From positions 1 through 24,831 of the forward strand of contig CAZLLX010000001.1 in assembly GCA_964560805.1 (NCBI GenBank): a DNA stretch of 24,831 nt. The letters run 5' to 3'. Shown here one piece after another: positions 1 to 7,915 of the stretch; positions within the stretch are counted from its first letter, which is position 1; each line of letters begins with the position of its first letter. This stretch comes from an uncultured Candidatus Saccharibacteria bacterium (GTDB lineage Bacteria > Patescibacteriota > Minisyncoccia > Phycocordibacterales > GWA1-40-21). The position numbers and the translations under genes are program-made. The notes under the pieces are model-generated. The model saw only the letters and a program-made list of their open reading frames with translations, searched no databases and was not told the origin of the DNA.

Positions 1-491
1 CTAAGTCTAGTAAAGGCATTTTATCTTGGCCACTAGCAAATATTTTTGTCACCCAAAATTTTGGTAAAACATCTGACTCGGGACGATTGTATGCCAGCGG
101 TTCACATAACGGGACAGATTTTCGTGCCACGGTTGGTACCAAGGTTATGTCCGCCGGAAATGGAATTGTGGAAGGAACAGGGGATACCGATTCAGTTTGC
201 CCCGGCGCCTCATACGGTAAGTGGGTTTTTATTCGCTATGACAACGGCTTGGCAAGTCTGTACGGACACCTTTCTCTAATTCTGGTTAAACCTGGTCAAA
301 AGGTTCGTACCGGCGAAGTGGTAGCTTACTCTGGTAATACTGGTTATTCAACTGGACCACATTTACATATGAGCTTATACGCCGGACAAGGTGTTAAAAT
401 TACAACACTAAAAAGTACTGTATGTAAAGGAACGTATACAATGCCGATTGCCGATCCAAAAGCTTATCTTGATCCATTAGAATATCTTTAA
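1..491 (+). CDS. M23 family peptidase (NlpD/EnvC-like), 5'-truncated by the window edge
   Basis: Frame is open from position 3 (KSSKGILSWPLANIFVTQNFG...). M23 motifs HNGTDF, YGHLS, GNTGYSTGPHLH are present. Confidence 0.9.
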   Translation, partial: KSSKGILSWPLANIFVTQNFGKTSDSGRLYASGSHNGTDFRATVGTKVMSAGNGIVEGTGDTDSVCPGASYGKWVFIRYDNGLASLYGHLSLILVKPGQKVRTGEVVAYSGNTGYSTGPHLHMSLYAGQGVKITTLKSTVCKGTYTMPIADPKAYLDPLEYL

Positions 492-523
492 AAAATAATT
501 TAAAAGTTATATAATACATTTAT

Positions 524-745
524 ATGAAAACTAATCATCAATCAGGTTTTATTAAAGCGATAATTGTAATTATTATTGCAATTGCGATTTTAAGTTACTT
601 TGGAATCAATATGAAGGCTATTTGGGAGTTTATCTTAAAGATCTGGCACAATCTACTTGAAACACCATTCAAATACCTTTGGGATTTTTGGGTTCAAAAT
701 ATTTGGACGCCATTTATAAGTAGTGTGAATAGTTTAAAACAATAA
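524..745 (+). CDS. Small membrane protein with a prepilin-like N-terminus
   Basis: 73 aa: QSG|FIKAIIVIIIAIAILSYFG hydrophobic helix, then a Trp-rich amphipathic segment. TATAAT at 510-515. Confidence 0.7.
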   Translation: MKTNHQSGFIKAIIVIIIAIAILSYFGINMKAIWEFILKIWHNLLETPFKYLWDFWVQNIWTPFISSVNSLKQ

Positions 746-750
746 AATTT

Positions 751-843
751 ATGTTCTGGGACTTCATTAAAGTTTTTTCAGTCTTTGACGGGGTACTAAT
801 AGCGATTCTTTTATTGTTATTGCTTTGGCCCTTGTTTTTCTAA
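751..843 (+). CDS. 30-aa hydrophobic smORF (absent from the ORF track)
   Basis: ATG 5 nt after the upstream stop. Translates MFWDFIKVFSVFDGVLIAILLLLLLWPLFF*, one TM helix. Confidence 0.45.
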   Translation: MFWDFIKVFSVFDGVLIAILLLLLLWPLFF

Positions 844-915
844 ATTAGCCTAGGGTATGCGTCGTAAAAGATATATTGTACGACACGCCTAAATAAAGCA
901 AGCCAATATCCCCTC

Positions 916-975
916 AGATAATCAGATTGTAAAAACCCCGAATTAAATTTTGGGGTTTTTACAATCTGATTATCT
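916..975. terminator. Bidirectional terminator-like hairpin, 24-bp perfect inverted repeat
   Basis: agataatcagattgtaaaaacccc (916-939) pairs with ggggtttttacaatctgattatct (952-975). Lies between convergent genes. Confidence 0.85.
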
Positions 976-1391
976 TATTTATTCCAACACTTACGTGAGG
1001 CGTTCCAGGGTTTGGTTCCCTCTTTATCATACAGGTACTTACCATAGGCCAAGTTACCGTCAACGGTTTCAAGATCATAACCAAGTTCGGTGGCCTTCTC
1101 TTTATGGAAGAATTCATTGATTTGCATCAAGCCCACATCCTCTGGCACAATCTCACCACGTAAAACCGATCCTTTACTGTTAAATTGGTTGTATCGTGAT
1201 TCACACTTAGCAATTTTGGCTAAGATTGGAGTCTCTTTAAAGTAATCTTGAACATATTGTTCAAGAGTTACTGGGTTCTCTACTTTAGTTTCGGTATTAT
1301 CGCTTGAAGCTACATCTTGAGCCAGAGCGGTATTAGCCGGACCGTATAGAGACGAGACCAATAAGACTACAGCTGAAGTTAATTCAATCAT
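975..1391 (-). CDS. Lytic transglycosylase (SLT/lysozyme-like) domain protein
   Basis: IAKCES (catalytic Glu), GLMQIN, DGNLAYGKYLY..EG..PW motifs. N-terminal hydrophobic stretch. Start placed at ATG 1391 (MIELTS), downstream of the promoter. Confidence 0.8.
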   Translation of the reverse strand: MIELTSAVVLLVSSLYGPANTALAQDVASSDNTETKVENPVTLEQYVQDYFKETPILAKIAKCESRYNQFNSKGSVLRGEIVPEDVGLMQINEFFHKEKATELGYDLETVDGNLAYGKYLYDKEGTKPWNASRKCWNK

Positions 1392-1426
1392 ATATTTAAA
1401 AATCAAGCTTACGCCTGATTTCCTAT

Positions 1427-1455
1427 ATACTATCATTTCCAGCTATTTTTGTCAA
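1427..1455 (-). promoter_or_regulatory. Sigma70 promoter for the SLT gene
   Basis: Minus strand TTGACA (1455-1450), N17, TAGTAT (1432-1427), with extended-10 TG. Confidence 0.75.
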
Positions 1456-1546
1456 GGTAATGACACACATTTTGACCCCCGTCAAACTAACAAAAATGGC
1501 TTAAAATAAGGGTATTTTCCTTGACAAAGGGGGTGTGGATATTGCC

Positions 1547-1888
1547 TTATTTTTGAGGCAAACAGCCATCTGCTGGCAAATACCCAGACTGTTTGGCTAA
1601 TTGAACTGATTTAAACCAAATTTTATTTGAATCTTTGATCAATTGAACCCGTCCACAGCTTGGATAGTAATAAAATTTACCAGTTTTTGAAGCTACAACG
1701 GTTTGAAAATCCGAATTTTCGTAATTATTTGCTTTGATTATCTGATCTGTCTCAAGTTTCTCAAAGACAATCAGACTTCCCTGCTTGTTCTCTTGAATTA
1801 TCAGCTGAACAATAAAAAACAGCAACGATAATACTAAAGTGCTCGTTAATAACCAAAAACCGTCCTGCCCCTTGATTTTTGTCTTCAT
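1547..1888 (-). CDS. Membrane-anchored protein with an Ada metal-binding-like C-terminal domain
   Basis: N-terminal TM helix. VASKTGKFYYYPSC...I.N.IWF.S...A.Q.GY.P...C pattern. Confidence 0.65.
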   Translation of the reverse strand: MKTKIKGQDGFWLLTSTLVLSLLFFIVQLIIQENKQGSLIVFEKLETDQIIKANNYENSDFQTVVASKTGKFYYYPSCGRVQLIKDSNKIWFKSVQLAKQSGYLPADGCLPQK

Positions 1889-1968
1889 TTCAGTTATATT
1901 ACTATAGCAGAAAAAACTTTATCCAAATCACTTATTAGGTGGATAAATCTTATAATTATTAAACAACA

Positions 1969-2241
1969 ATGGCACATAAAAAAGCCGCGGGTACAACTAA
2001 AAACGGTCGAGATTCGAATCCTCGATATTTGGGCGTGAAAATCGCTGATGGTGATGTGGCACAAATTGGTTCAATCATAGTTCGACAACAGGCTTACAAT
2101 ATTATGCCTGGCCGAAACGTTAAAATGGGTAAAGATTATACTTTGTTTGCCGCTAAACCTGGTAAAGTAAAGTTTGGCTCAAAACGAAAAGTATCTTTTG
2201 ATTCAACAATTCAGAAAAAAGGTATTGTGCACGTTATCTAA
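1969..2241 (+). CDS. rpmA: 50S ribosomal protein L27
   Basis: [43 protein letters not shown] motifs. Confidence 0.97.
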   Translation: MAHKKAAGTTKNGRDSNPRYLGVKIADGDVAQIGSIIVRQQAYNIMPGRNVKMGKDYTLFAAKPGKVKFGSKRKVSFDSTIQKKGIVHVI

Positions 2242-2246
2242 ATAAC

Positions 2247-2291
2247 TCCAAAATAAAAAACCCATCATCACGATGGGTTTTTTATTTTGGA
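2247..2291. terminator. Bidirectional terminator, 20-bp perfect inverted repeat
   Basis: tccaaaataaaaaacccatc, loop atcac, gatgggttttttattttgga. Between convergent rpmA and rplI. Confidence 0.88.
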
Positions 2292-2326
2292 ATCACGCAT
2301 CAAGGAGTATCTCTGAGAAACTCCTT

Positions 2327-2770
2327 TTACTCTGCCTTAATTACTAACTTGAACACCGCCTCCTTTGTACCAACCTTGACCGTAATTGGATGTTCACCAA
2401 CTTCTTTGATCGGTTTTTCGTAAACCACATTGTCTGGATTCAAAACGATATTTTTTTGAGCTTCAACTGCTTTGATGACTTCTTCTTTATGAATTCCGGC
2501 AAACAAATGACCTTTATCATTCACTTTACCTTTGATTTCAATTTGTAAACCCTTTACCCCATTCAAAGCTTTCATTAATTCGGCTTCATTCTTTTGTATT
2601 TCGGCCAAGTCAGCATTTTTCTTACTTTCAATCATTTTTACATTTCCAGGTGTTGCAGGAATCGCATCTTTCTTAGGAATTAGCATATTCAAAGCAAAAC
2701 CATCGGCCACATCTTTTATATCATATTTTCGCCCGATCTTTTTTACATCTTTAAGTAAAATTACTTTCAT
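2327..2770 (-). CDS. rplI: 50S ribosomal protein L9
   Basis: MKVILLKDVKKIG...V.DGFALNMLIP..A..AT and GHLFAGI, PIKEVGEH motifs. Confidence 0.96.
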   Translation of the reverse strand: MKVILLKDVKKIGRKYDIKDVADGFALNMLIPKKDAIPATPGNVKMIESKKNADLAEIQKNEAELMKALNGVKGLQIEIKGKVNDKGHLFAGIHKEEVIKAVEAQKNIVLNPDNVVYEKPIKEVGEHPITVKVGTKEAVFKLVIKAE

Positions 2771-2888
2771 ATTTGTTTTAAATTAAGCTAATAATAATCA
2801 AAATATAACTTGTTTTAGATAAAACCACAAGACTTCCATTTTTAGATAATCTTGAGATAATTTATGTAACCACAAGATGGAGATATGC

Positions 2889-3122
2889 ATGAAGAAGTGG
2901 CTTGTTCTTTTGTGTATAGTTTCAACAACTGCCACGGCCTACGATTCCCGCCTAAGCTTAAACGACTTGTGCGAGGACAGATTTCTTGAGAGACCTTGCT
3001 CAAGTAAGGCCTGGTACGGTGACGATTATGATGGCATGGGTGCGAAAATTGGCCGGCGAACGTATTTCTACGTTCCCCTGGCTGGCGATTATCACGGCCT
3101 GGTCATTCTGCGTCGCTTCTAA
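2889..3122 (+). CDS. Small secreted-type hypothetical protein, ~50% GC
   Basis: GGAG SD at 2879-2882 before ATG 2889. Signal-peptide-like MKKWLVLLCIVSTTATA. GC 116/234 by hand count. Confidence 0.6.
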   Translation: MKKWLVLLCIVSTTATAYDSRLSLNDLCEDRFLERPCSSKAWYGDDYDGMGAKIGRRTYFYVPLAGDYHGLVILRRF

Positions 3123-3156
3123 CACCCGGGTTTGAAGTGCTTCCCTGGGTGTTTTG
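3121..3156 (+). terminator. Intrinsic terminator-like hairpin
   Basis: aacacccggg...cctgggtgtt (10 bp, one G-U pair), followed by a T-rich run. Confidence 0.65.
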
Positions 3157-3158
3157 CT

Positions 3159-4385
3159 TTATTTCAATATATCAATGGCTTTTAACATTTGAAGGTCGTT
3201 TTTATTCTTGAAATCAAGTTCAGTCATTTTAATTTCATAATCAGGAGTGATGCCAGTATCAGAAATTGATTTTCCGGTTGGAGTTAACCAGCGCGCCACT
3301 GTTACTTTCAAAGCCGTATTATCAGTCACATCAATTAATTGTTGCACCGAACCTTTACCAAAAGATTTTGTACCCACCAATTTTGCTTTACCATTTTCTT
3401 GCAAAGCCCCCGCTAAAATTTCCGAAGCCGAAGCTGAACCATCGTCAATTAAAATAGCCAAACGCAAATTATCAGTAAATATATCATAGCCTTTACTACG
3501 ATAAACTTTCTCTGGTTGACCACTTTTTTCACCAAAATCTTCTCTAACGATTACCTTGCCAAGTGGTAAAAACCAACTAGCTAAATCAACAGCGGTATCC
3601 AGATAACCGCCGGGGTTACCACGCAAATCGATTACCAATCGATATTTTTTTGACTTAATAAATTCCTTTAAAGCTTCTTTGAATTGTTGCTTTGATTCAC
3701 CATAAAAATTATACAGACTGATTACAAAAACATCTCCTTTAATTTCAGTTTTAAGCGAAGGTAAATTTATAACGTCTCTAGTTACTGATATTTCAACCGG
3801 TTTACTTTCGCCAACTCTGGCAAAAGCCAATTTCACCACGGTTCCTTTTGGTCCACGAATCAGCTTAACCGCCTCATCCACACTTAAATCCAAAGCTGAT
3901 TTACCATCAATCATAATCAGTTTATCGCCGGATTTTATGCCTGCTTTCTCGGCCGGTGAACCCTTGATTGGCGCGACAACCGACAATACTTTATCTTTAA
4001 TCGCAATTTCCATTCCAATACCCTCAAAATTACCACTTAAACCATCTTCAAAATCTTTTTTTTCCGATGGTGGCATAAAAACTGTATATGGATCACCCAA
4101 TGAATCAGTTAGACCTTGAATTGCACCGTAAATTCTGTCTTCTGAACTTACTGTAGTCGTGCCATGAGTCGCCACATATTTTTCAGATAATAAGTCCCAA
4201 ACTTTCCAAAAAGCGGTCATATCAACATCGGGTGTGGTTGAGGCATTATTGATATTAATAACTCCAGAGTCTTGGACAATAATAGTGGCTGGTTTTGATC
4301 CAAACGAATTACCTAGCGACAAGCCTAAAATAAAAACTAAAGCAACAATTAAAATCGCCCGATATTTTTTTACCCAATTATTCAT
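3159..4385 (-). CDS. S41 family carboxy-terminal processing protease (CtpA-like) with PDZ domain
   Basis: GDPYT, FEGIG, PIKGSPAEKAGIKSGD (PDZ), DLRGNPGG, SASASEI (Ser), GTKSFGKGSVQ (Lys). Start placed at ATG 4385. Confidence 0.93.
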   Translation of the reverse strand: MNNWVKKYRAILIVALVFILGLSLGNSFGSKPATIIVQDSGVININNASTTPDVDMTAFWKVWDLLSEKYVATHGTTTVSSEDRIYGAIQGLTDSLGDPYTVFMPPSEKKDFEDGLSGNFEGIGMEIAIKDKVLSVVAPIKGSPAEKAGIKSGDKLIMIDGKSALDLSVDEAVKLIRGPKGTVVKLAFARVGESKPVEISVTRDVINLPSLKTEIKGDVFVISLYNFYGESKQQFKEALKEFIKSKKYRLVIDLRGNPGGYLDTAVDLASWFLPLGKVIVREDFGEKSGQPEKVYRSKGYDIFTDNLRLAILIDDGSASASEILAGALQENGKAKLVGTKSFGKGSVQQLIDVTDNTALKVTVARWLTPTGKSISDTGITPDYEIKMTELDFKNKNDLQMLKAIDILK

Positions 4386-4416
4386 AAGCATTATTATCGC
4401 ATACAAAAAAAGATTA

Positions 4417-4425
4417 TGCTATAAT
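4417..4425 (+). promoter_or_regulatory. Extended -10 promoter for the CorA-like gene and cysS
   Basis: TGcTATAAT, 6 nt before ATG 4432. Confidence 0.65.
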
Positions 4426-4431
4426 TTATTA

Positions 4432-5346
4432 ATGTTAAAAAAGCAACACTATCAAGCTATCACTTGGGTGGATTTAGAAAAACCAACCAAAGATGAAGCC
4501 CGCTCCATAATGGAGGAATTTAATTTAAGCCCCGAGGTGGCCCAAGACATTTTATTACCAACCTTCAAGGATAAAATTGTTACCGCCAAGGATTATATTT
4601 ATTTAGTTTTACACTTCCCTGCTTTTAAACATACTCACACACGCAGTCACCGTCAAGAAATTGATTTTGTGATTGGTAAAAAATTTATTATTACCAATCG
4701 CTATGAAAGCATTGATGCGATGGAAAAATACTCTAAGATCTTTGAAGTGAATTCAATTTTGGAAAAAAGAAATAACGAAGTTGGTTCTGGTGAAATATTT
4801 TTGGATATGATTAAAACTGTTTATTCTTCACTGTCAGACGAGCTTGATGCAATTAATTATCTTTTACACGAAGTGGAGAAAAATATTTTTGCTGGAAAAG
4901 AGCGCGAAATGGTCTTTGAATTATCACGGGTTGGCCGAGAAATCATTAATTTCAATCATATGATTACTCCACATGGTGCGATTCTAGAGACACTTAAACT
5001 TGAAGCTGAAAAAATATTGGGCAATAATTTCATTGTTGAACTTGATCAAGTAATAAACGAATACTATAAAATTTCCAAATTGCTTGAAAACATAACCCAG
5101 GTTCTACACGAACTTCGCGAAACAAACAACTCTCTTCTTTCTACCAAGCAAAACGAGATAATGAAGACTTTGACTATTTTTACCTTCCTCGCCCTTCCTT
5201 TCTCAATTATTACTGGCTTGTTTCAGATGAATACAAAAATTACACCAATCGTTGGCAGTGATTATGGCTGGTTTTATATTGTGGGTACCGAATTATTAGC
5301 CCTGATTGTCGTTTATCTGATTGCTCGCAAGAAAAAGTGGTTCTAA
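4432..5346 (+). CDS. CorA family Mg2+ transporter
   Basis: ITWVDLEKPT, N.IMKTLT and LFQMN (GMN-like signature), two C-terminal TM helices. Start placed at ATG 4432. Confidence 0.88.
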   Translation: MLKKQHYQAITWVDLEKPTKDEARSIMEEFNLSPEVAQDILLPTFKDKIVTAKDYIYLVLHFPAFKHTHTRSHRQEIDFVIGKKFIITNRYESIDAMEKYSKIFEVNSILEKRNNEVGSGEIFLDMIKTVYSSLSDELDAINYLLHEVEKNIFAGKEREMVFELSRVGREIINFNHMITPHGAILETLKLEAEKILGNNFIVELDQVINEYYKISKLLENITQVLHELRETNNSLLSTKQNEIMKTLTIFTFLALPFSIITGLFQMNTKITPIVGSDYGWFYIVGTELLALIVVYLIARKKKWF

Positions 5347-5349
5347 TTT

Positions 5350-6588
5350 ATGCAATTATACAATACCTTAACGAAGCAAAAAGAAGAGTTTAAGCCAATT
5401 AAGGATGGTGAGGTTTTGTTTTATCAATGTGGACCAACCGTATATTGGACTCAGCATATTGGAAATTTGCGTGCGATGGTTCAAGCAGATTTTATTCGAA
5501 AATCACTAATTTTTAGTGGTTATAAAGTAAAATTTGTTCGAAACTATACCGATGTCGGTCACTTAACTGGTGATAATTTAGGTGACGCTGATTCTGGTGA
5601 AGATCGCATGGAAAAAGGCGCTAAAAGAGAGGGTTTAACACCAGCAGAAATTGCCAATAAATACATCAATTTGTTTGAATCTGATTGTGCTGAATTAAAT
5701 ATTTTGAAGCCAAATTTTACACCCAAAGCAACCGAATTTGTGCCCGACATGATCGAAATGGTTAAAATTTTACTTGAAAAAGATTTTGCTTATTCAACGC
5801 CACTTGCAATTTATTTTGATATCACCAAGGCCAAAGATTATACCAGATTATCTGGCCAAAATTTAAAGGAAAACAAAGAAGGCGCAGGTAAGGGTGATGT
5901 TGAAGATAAAGAAAAAAAGAATCCCGAAGATTTTGCCCTTTGGTTTTTCAGGGCAGGAACTCATAAAAACGCTTTGCAGTATTGGCCCTCCCCTTTTACT
6001 TCTCCACTGGTTGAAAATGGTAATGGTTTTCCTGGTTGGCATATTGAATGTTCGGCGATGGCCAAAAAATTGCTTGGAGAAACTATTGATATTCACATGG
6101 GTGGTGTGGAACACATTTCAATTCATCACACCAATGAAATTGCTCAAAGTGAATCGGCCAACGATAAAGATTTTGCTCATTACTGGCTTCATAATGAATG
6201 GCTCTTGGTTAATAATGGCAAAATGAGTAAATCAGAAGGAACTGGTTATGCTTTGTCAGAAATAAAGGAAAAAGGTTTTAATCCTTTGGCTTTACGTTAT
6301 TTTTTCCTTCAGGCTCATTATCGCTCAAAACAAAATTTTACCTGGGAAGCCATGCAATCTGCACAGAACGGTTATGATGGTTTAATAAAAAAAGTTCGAA
6401 ATTTAGGAGATAAAATCGGCAAAGTAAATGATGAATTCAAAGCTGATTTTTTATCAAAAATAGGTTCTGATTTTAATGCCCCTCAAGCTCTAGCTTTTGT
6501 CTTTAATGTTCTAAAAGCTGATATTTCAGCCGAAGATAAGTTAGCCACAATCAAAGATTTTGATCGAGTACTTGTTCTTAATCTGTAA
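5350..6588 (+). CDS. cysS: Cysteine--tRNA ligase (short form)
   Basis: CGPTVY, HIGN, NYTDVGH, GWHIECSAM, DIHMGG..H...HH.NE, KMSKS motifs. Confidence 0.96.
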   Translation: MQLYNTLTKQKEEFKPIKDGEVLFYQCGPTVYWTQHIGNLRAMVQADFIRKSLIFSGYKVKFVRNYTDVGHLTGDNLGDADSGEDRMEKGAKREGLTPAEIANKYINLFESDCAELNILKPNFTPKATEFVPDMIEMVKILLEKDFAYSTPLAIYFDITKAKDYTRLSGQNLKENKEGAGKGDVEDKEKKNPEDFALWFFRAGTHKNALQYWPSPFTSPLVENGNGFPGWHIECSAMAKKLLGETIDIHMGGVEHISIHHTNEIAQSESANDKDFAHYWLHNEWLLVNNGKMSKSEGTGYALSEIKEKGFNPLALRYFFLQAHYRSKQNFTWEAMQSAQNGYDGLIKKVRNLGDKIGKVNDEFKADFLSKIGSDFNAPQALAFVFNVLKADISAEDKLATIKDFDRVLVLNL

Positions 6589-6591
6589 AAA

Positions 6592-7866
6592 TTATTTTAC
6601 CTCGCCATCTATAAAAGTTAGTGCTTTTCCGGCTTTGTTACCACGTCCGGTTCGGCCAATACGGTGAACATAATCTTCATAAGTAGCTGGCACGTCATAG
6701 TTTATCACGTGCGAAACATTTGGAATATCCAAACCACGCGCCGCCACATCGGTCGCTACTAAAATTGAAATTTCATTATCTTTGAAACCTTTAATTGCTC
6801 GCTGGCGTCGATTATGCGGTTTATCACCATGAATTGAATCAGCTTTGAAACCACGTTCAATCAATTTTTGTGATAATTTTTCCACGCCATGTTTGGTTTT
6901 ACCAAAGATAATCACTTTACTAAAGTTTTTGTCAATTAATAGATCATGAAGCACATCAATTTTGTTTTTTCCTGCTAATCGCACAATATCTTGATCCACA
7001 TTTTTTGAAGTATCACCGGTTCGGACAGACACGACCACTGGATTATTCAAAAATTGTTTAATCAAACCCTCAACTTCCTTGGTCATAGTTGCTGAGAAAA
7101 ATAAGGTGTGGCGCTTGGCAGGCATTTTCGCCATCACAAATTTCATGTCACCAATGAAGCCCATATCAAGCATTCGATCAGCTTCATCAAGCACAATGGT
7201 ATTAAAAGTACTTAAATCTATACAACGACGATTAATTAGATCCTTAACTCGGCCTGGAGTTCCAATTATAAAGCTATTGGTTCGGCGCAATTCCGCAATC
7301 TGACCATAAATTGAGACGCCCCCGACGCAACAAGTAGAGTAAATATTTAAACCGGTCACAAAACTGCGCAATTCTTGATTGATTTGAATGGCTAGTTCAC
7401 GAGTCGGAACCAAAATTAAAACTTTTTCATGCCAGTTCAATATCACTTTTTCAATTAATGGAATCAAAAAGGCGCCAGTTTTACCAGTACCAGTGTTGGC
7501 AATACCCACCACATCTTTACCCGCCAAAATGTGTGGAATGGTTTTGTCTTGAATCAAACTTGGAGTGACATAACCCTTAGTAAGGATATTTTGCTTTAGT
7601 CTTTGATCAATAATAAAATCGGCAAATTTATGATCAGGAATATAGGGTGCTTGCTCAGCCACCGGTTCAGCTTTGTTTATGAACTTTGAAAAATGAATGT
7701 TGGTGCCAGAAAAAGCGCGCTTACCACCACCGCGATGCGCACCGCCAAATCTAGAATGTCCGCCAAATTTTTGTCGGACACCTTGAGGTTGAGGTGAATG
7801 TTTAAAACTGCCAGCCTTTGGCCTAAAGCCATTTCTAGCCGGTCGCCTTGAGTTGTTTGTATTCAT
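6592..7866 (-). CDS. DEAD-box RNA helicase with an Arg/Gly-rich N-terminal extension
   Basis: Q motif, TGTGKT, PTRELA, TPGR, LDEADRMLDMGF, SAT, ATDVAARGLDI, HRIGRTGR. Confidence 0.95.
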   Translation of the reverse strand: MNTNNSRRPARNGFRPKAGSFKHSPQPQGVRQKFGGHSRFGGAHRGGGKRAFSGTNIHFSKFINKAEPVAEQAPYIPDHKFADFIIDQRLKQNILTKGYVTPSLIQDKTIPHILAGKDVVGIANTGTGKTGAFLIPLIEKVILNWHEKVLILVPTRELAIQINQELRSFVTGLNIYSTCCVGGVSIYGQIAELRRTNSFIIGTPGRVKDLINRRCIDLSTFNTIVLDEADRMLDMGFIGDMKFVMAKMPAKRHTLFFSATMTKEVEGLIKQFLNNPVVVSVRTGDTSKNVDQDIVRLAGKNKIDVLHDLLIDKNFSKVIIFGKTKHGVEKLSQKLIERGFKADSIHGDKPHNRRQRAIKGFKDNEISILVATDVAARGLDIPNVSHVINYDVPATYEDYVHRIGRTGRGNKAGKALTFIDGEVK

Positions 7867-7879
7867 ATTATTAGTTTTA

Positions 7880-7909
7880 ATAATATCACAAACTAACCTA
7901 TTTTGTCAA
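7880..7909 (-). promoter_or_regulatory. Sigma70 promoter for the DEAD-box helicase
   Basis: TTGACA (7909-7904), N18, TATTAT (7885-7880), with extended-10 TG. Confidence 0.65.
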
Positions 7910-7915
7910 GAATAA

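Noticed and set aside
857-892. 11-aa Arg-rich ORF MRRKRYIVRHA inside a hairpin
   Set aside because: Too short to separate from chance, and no downstream operon to attenuate.
4234-4431. Track N-terminal extensions (CorA-like 4234, SLT 1436, S41 4406, ABC-F 9382, dnaB 9465, rplU 14620, ECF 22535, dinB 23794)
   Set aside because: They overlap promoter elements or neighbouring genes. Downstream ATGs fit -10 spacing and family N-termini better.
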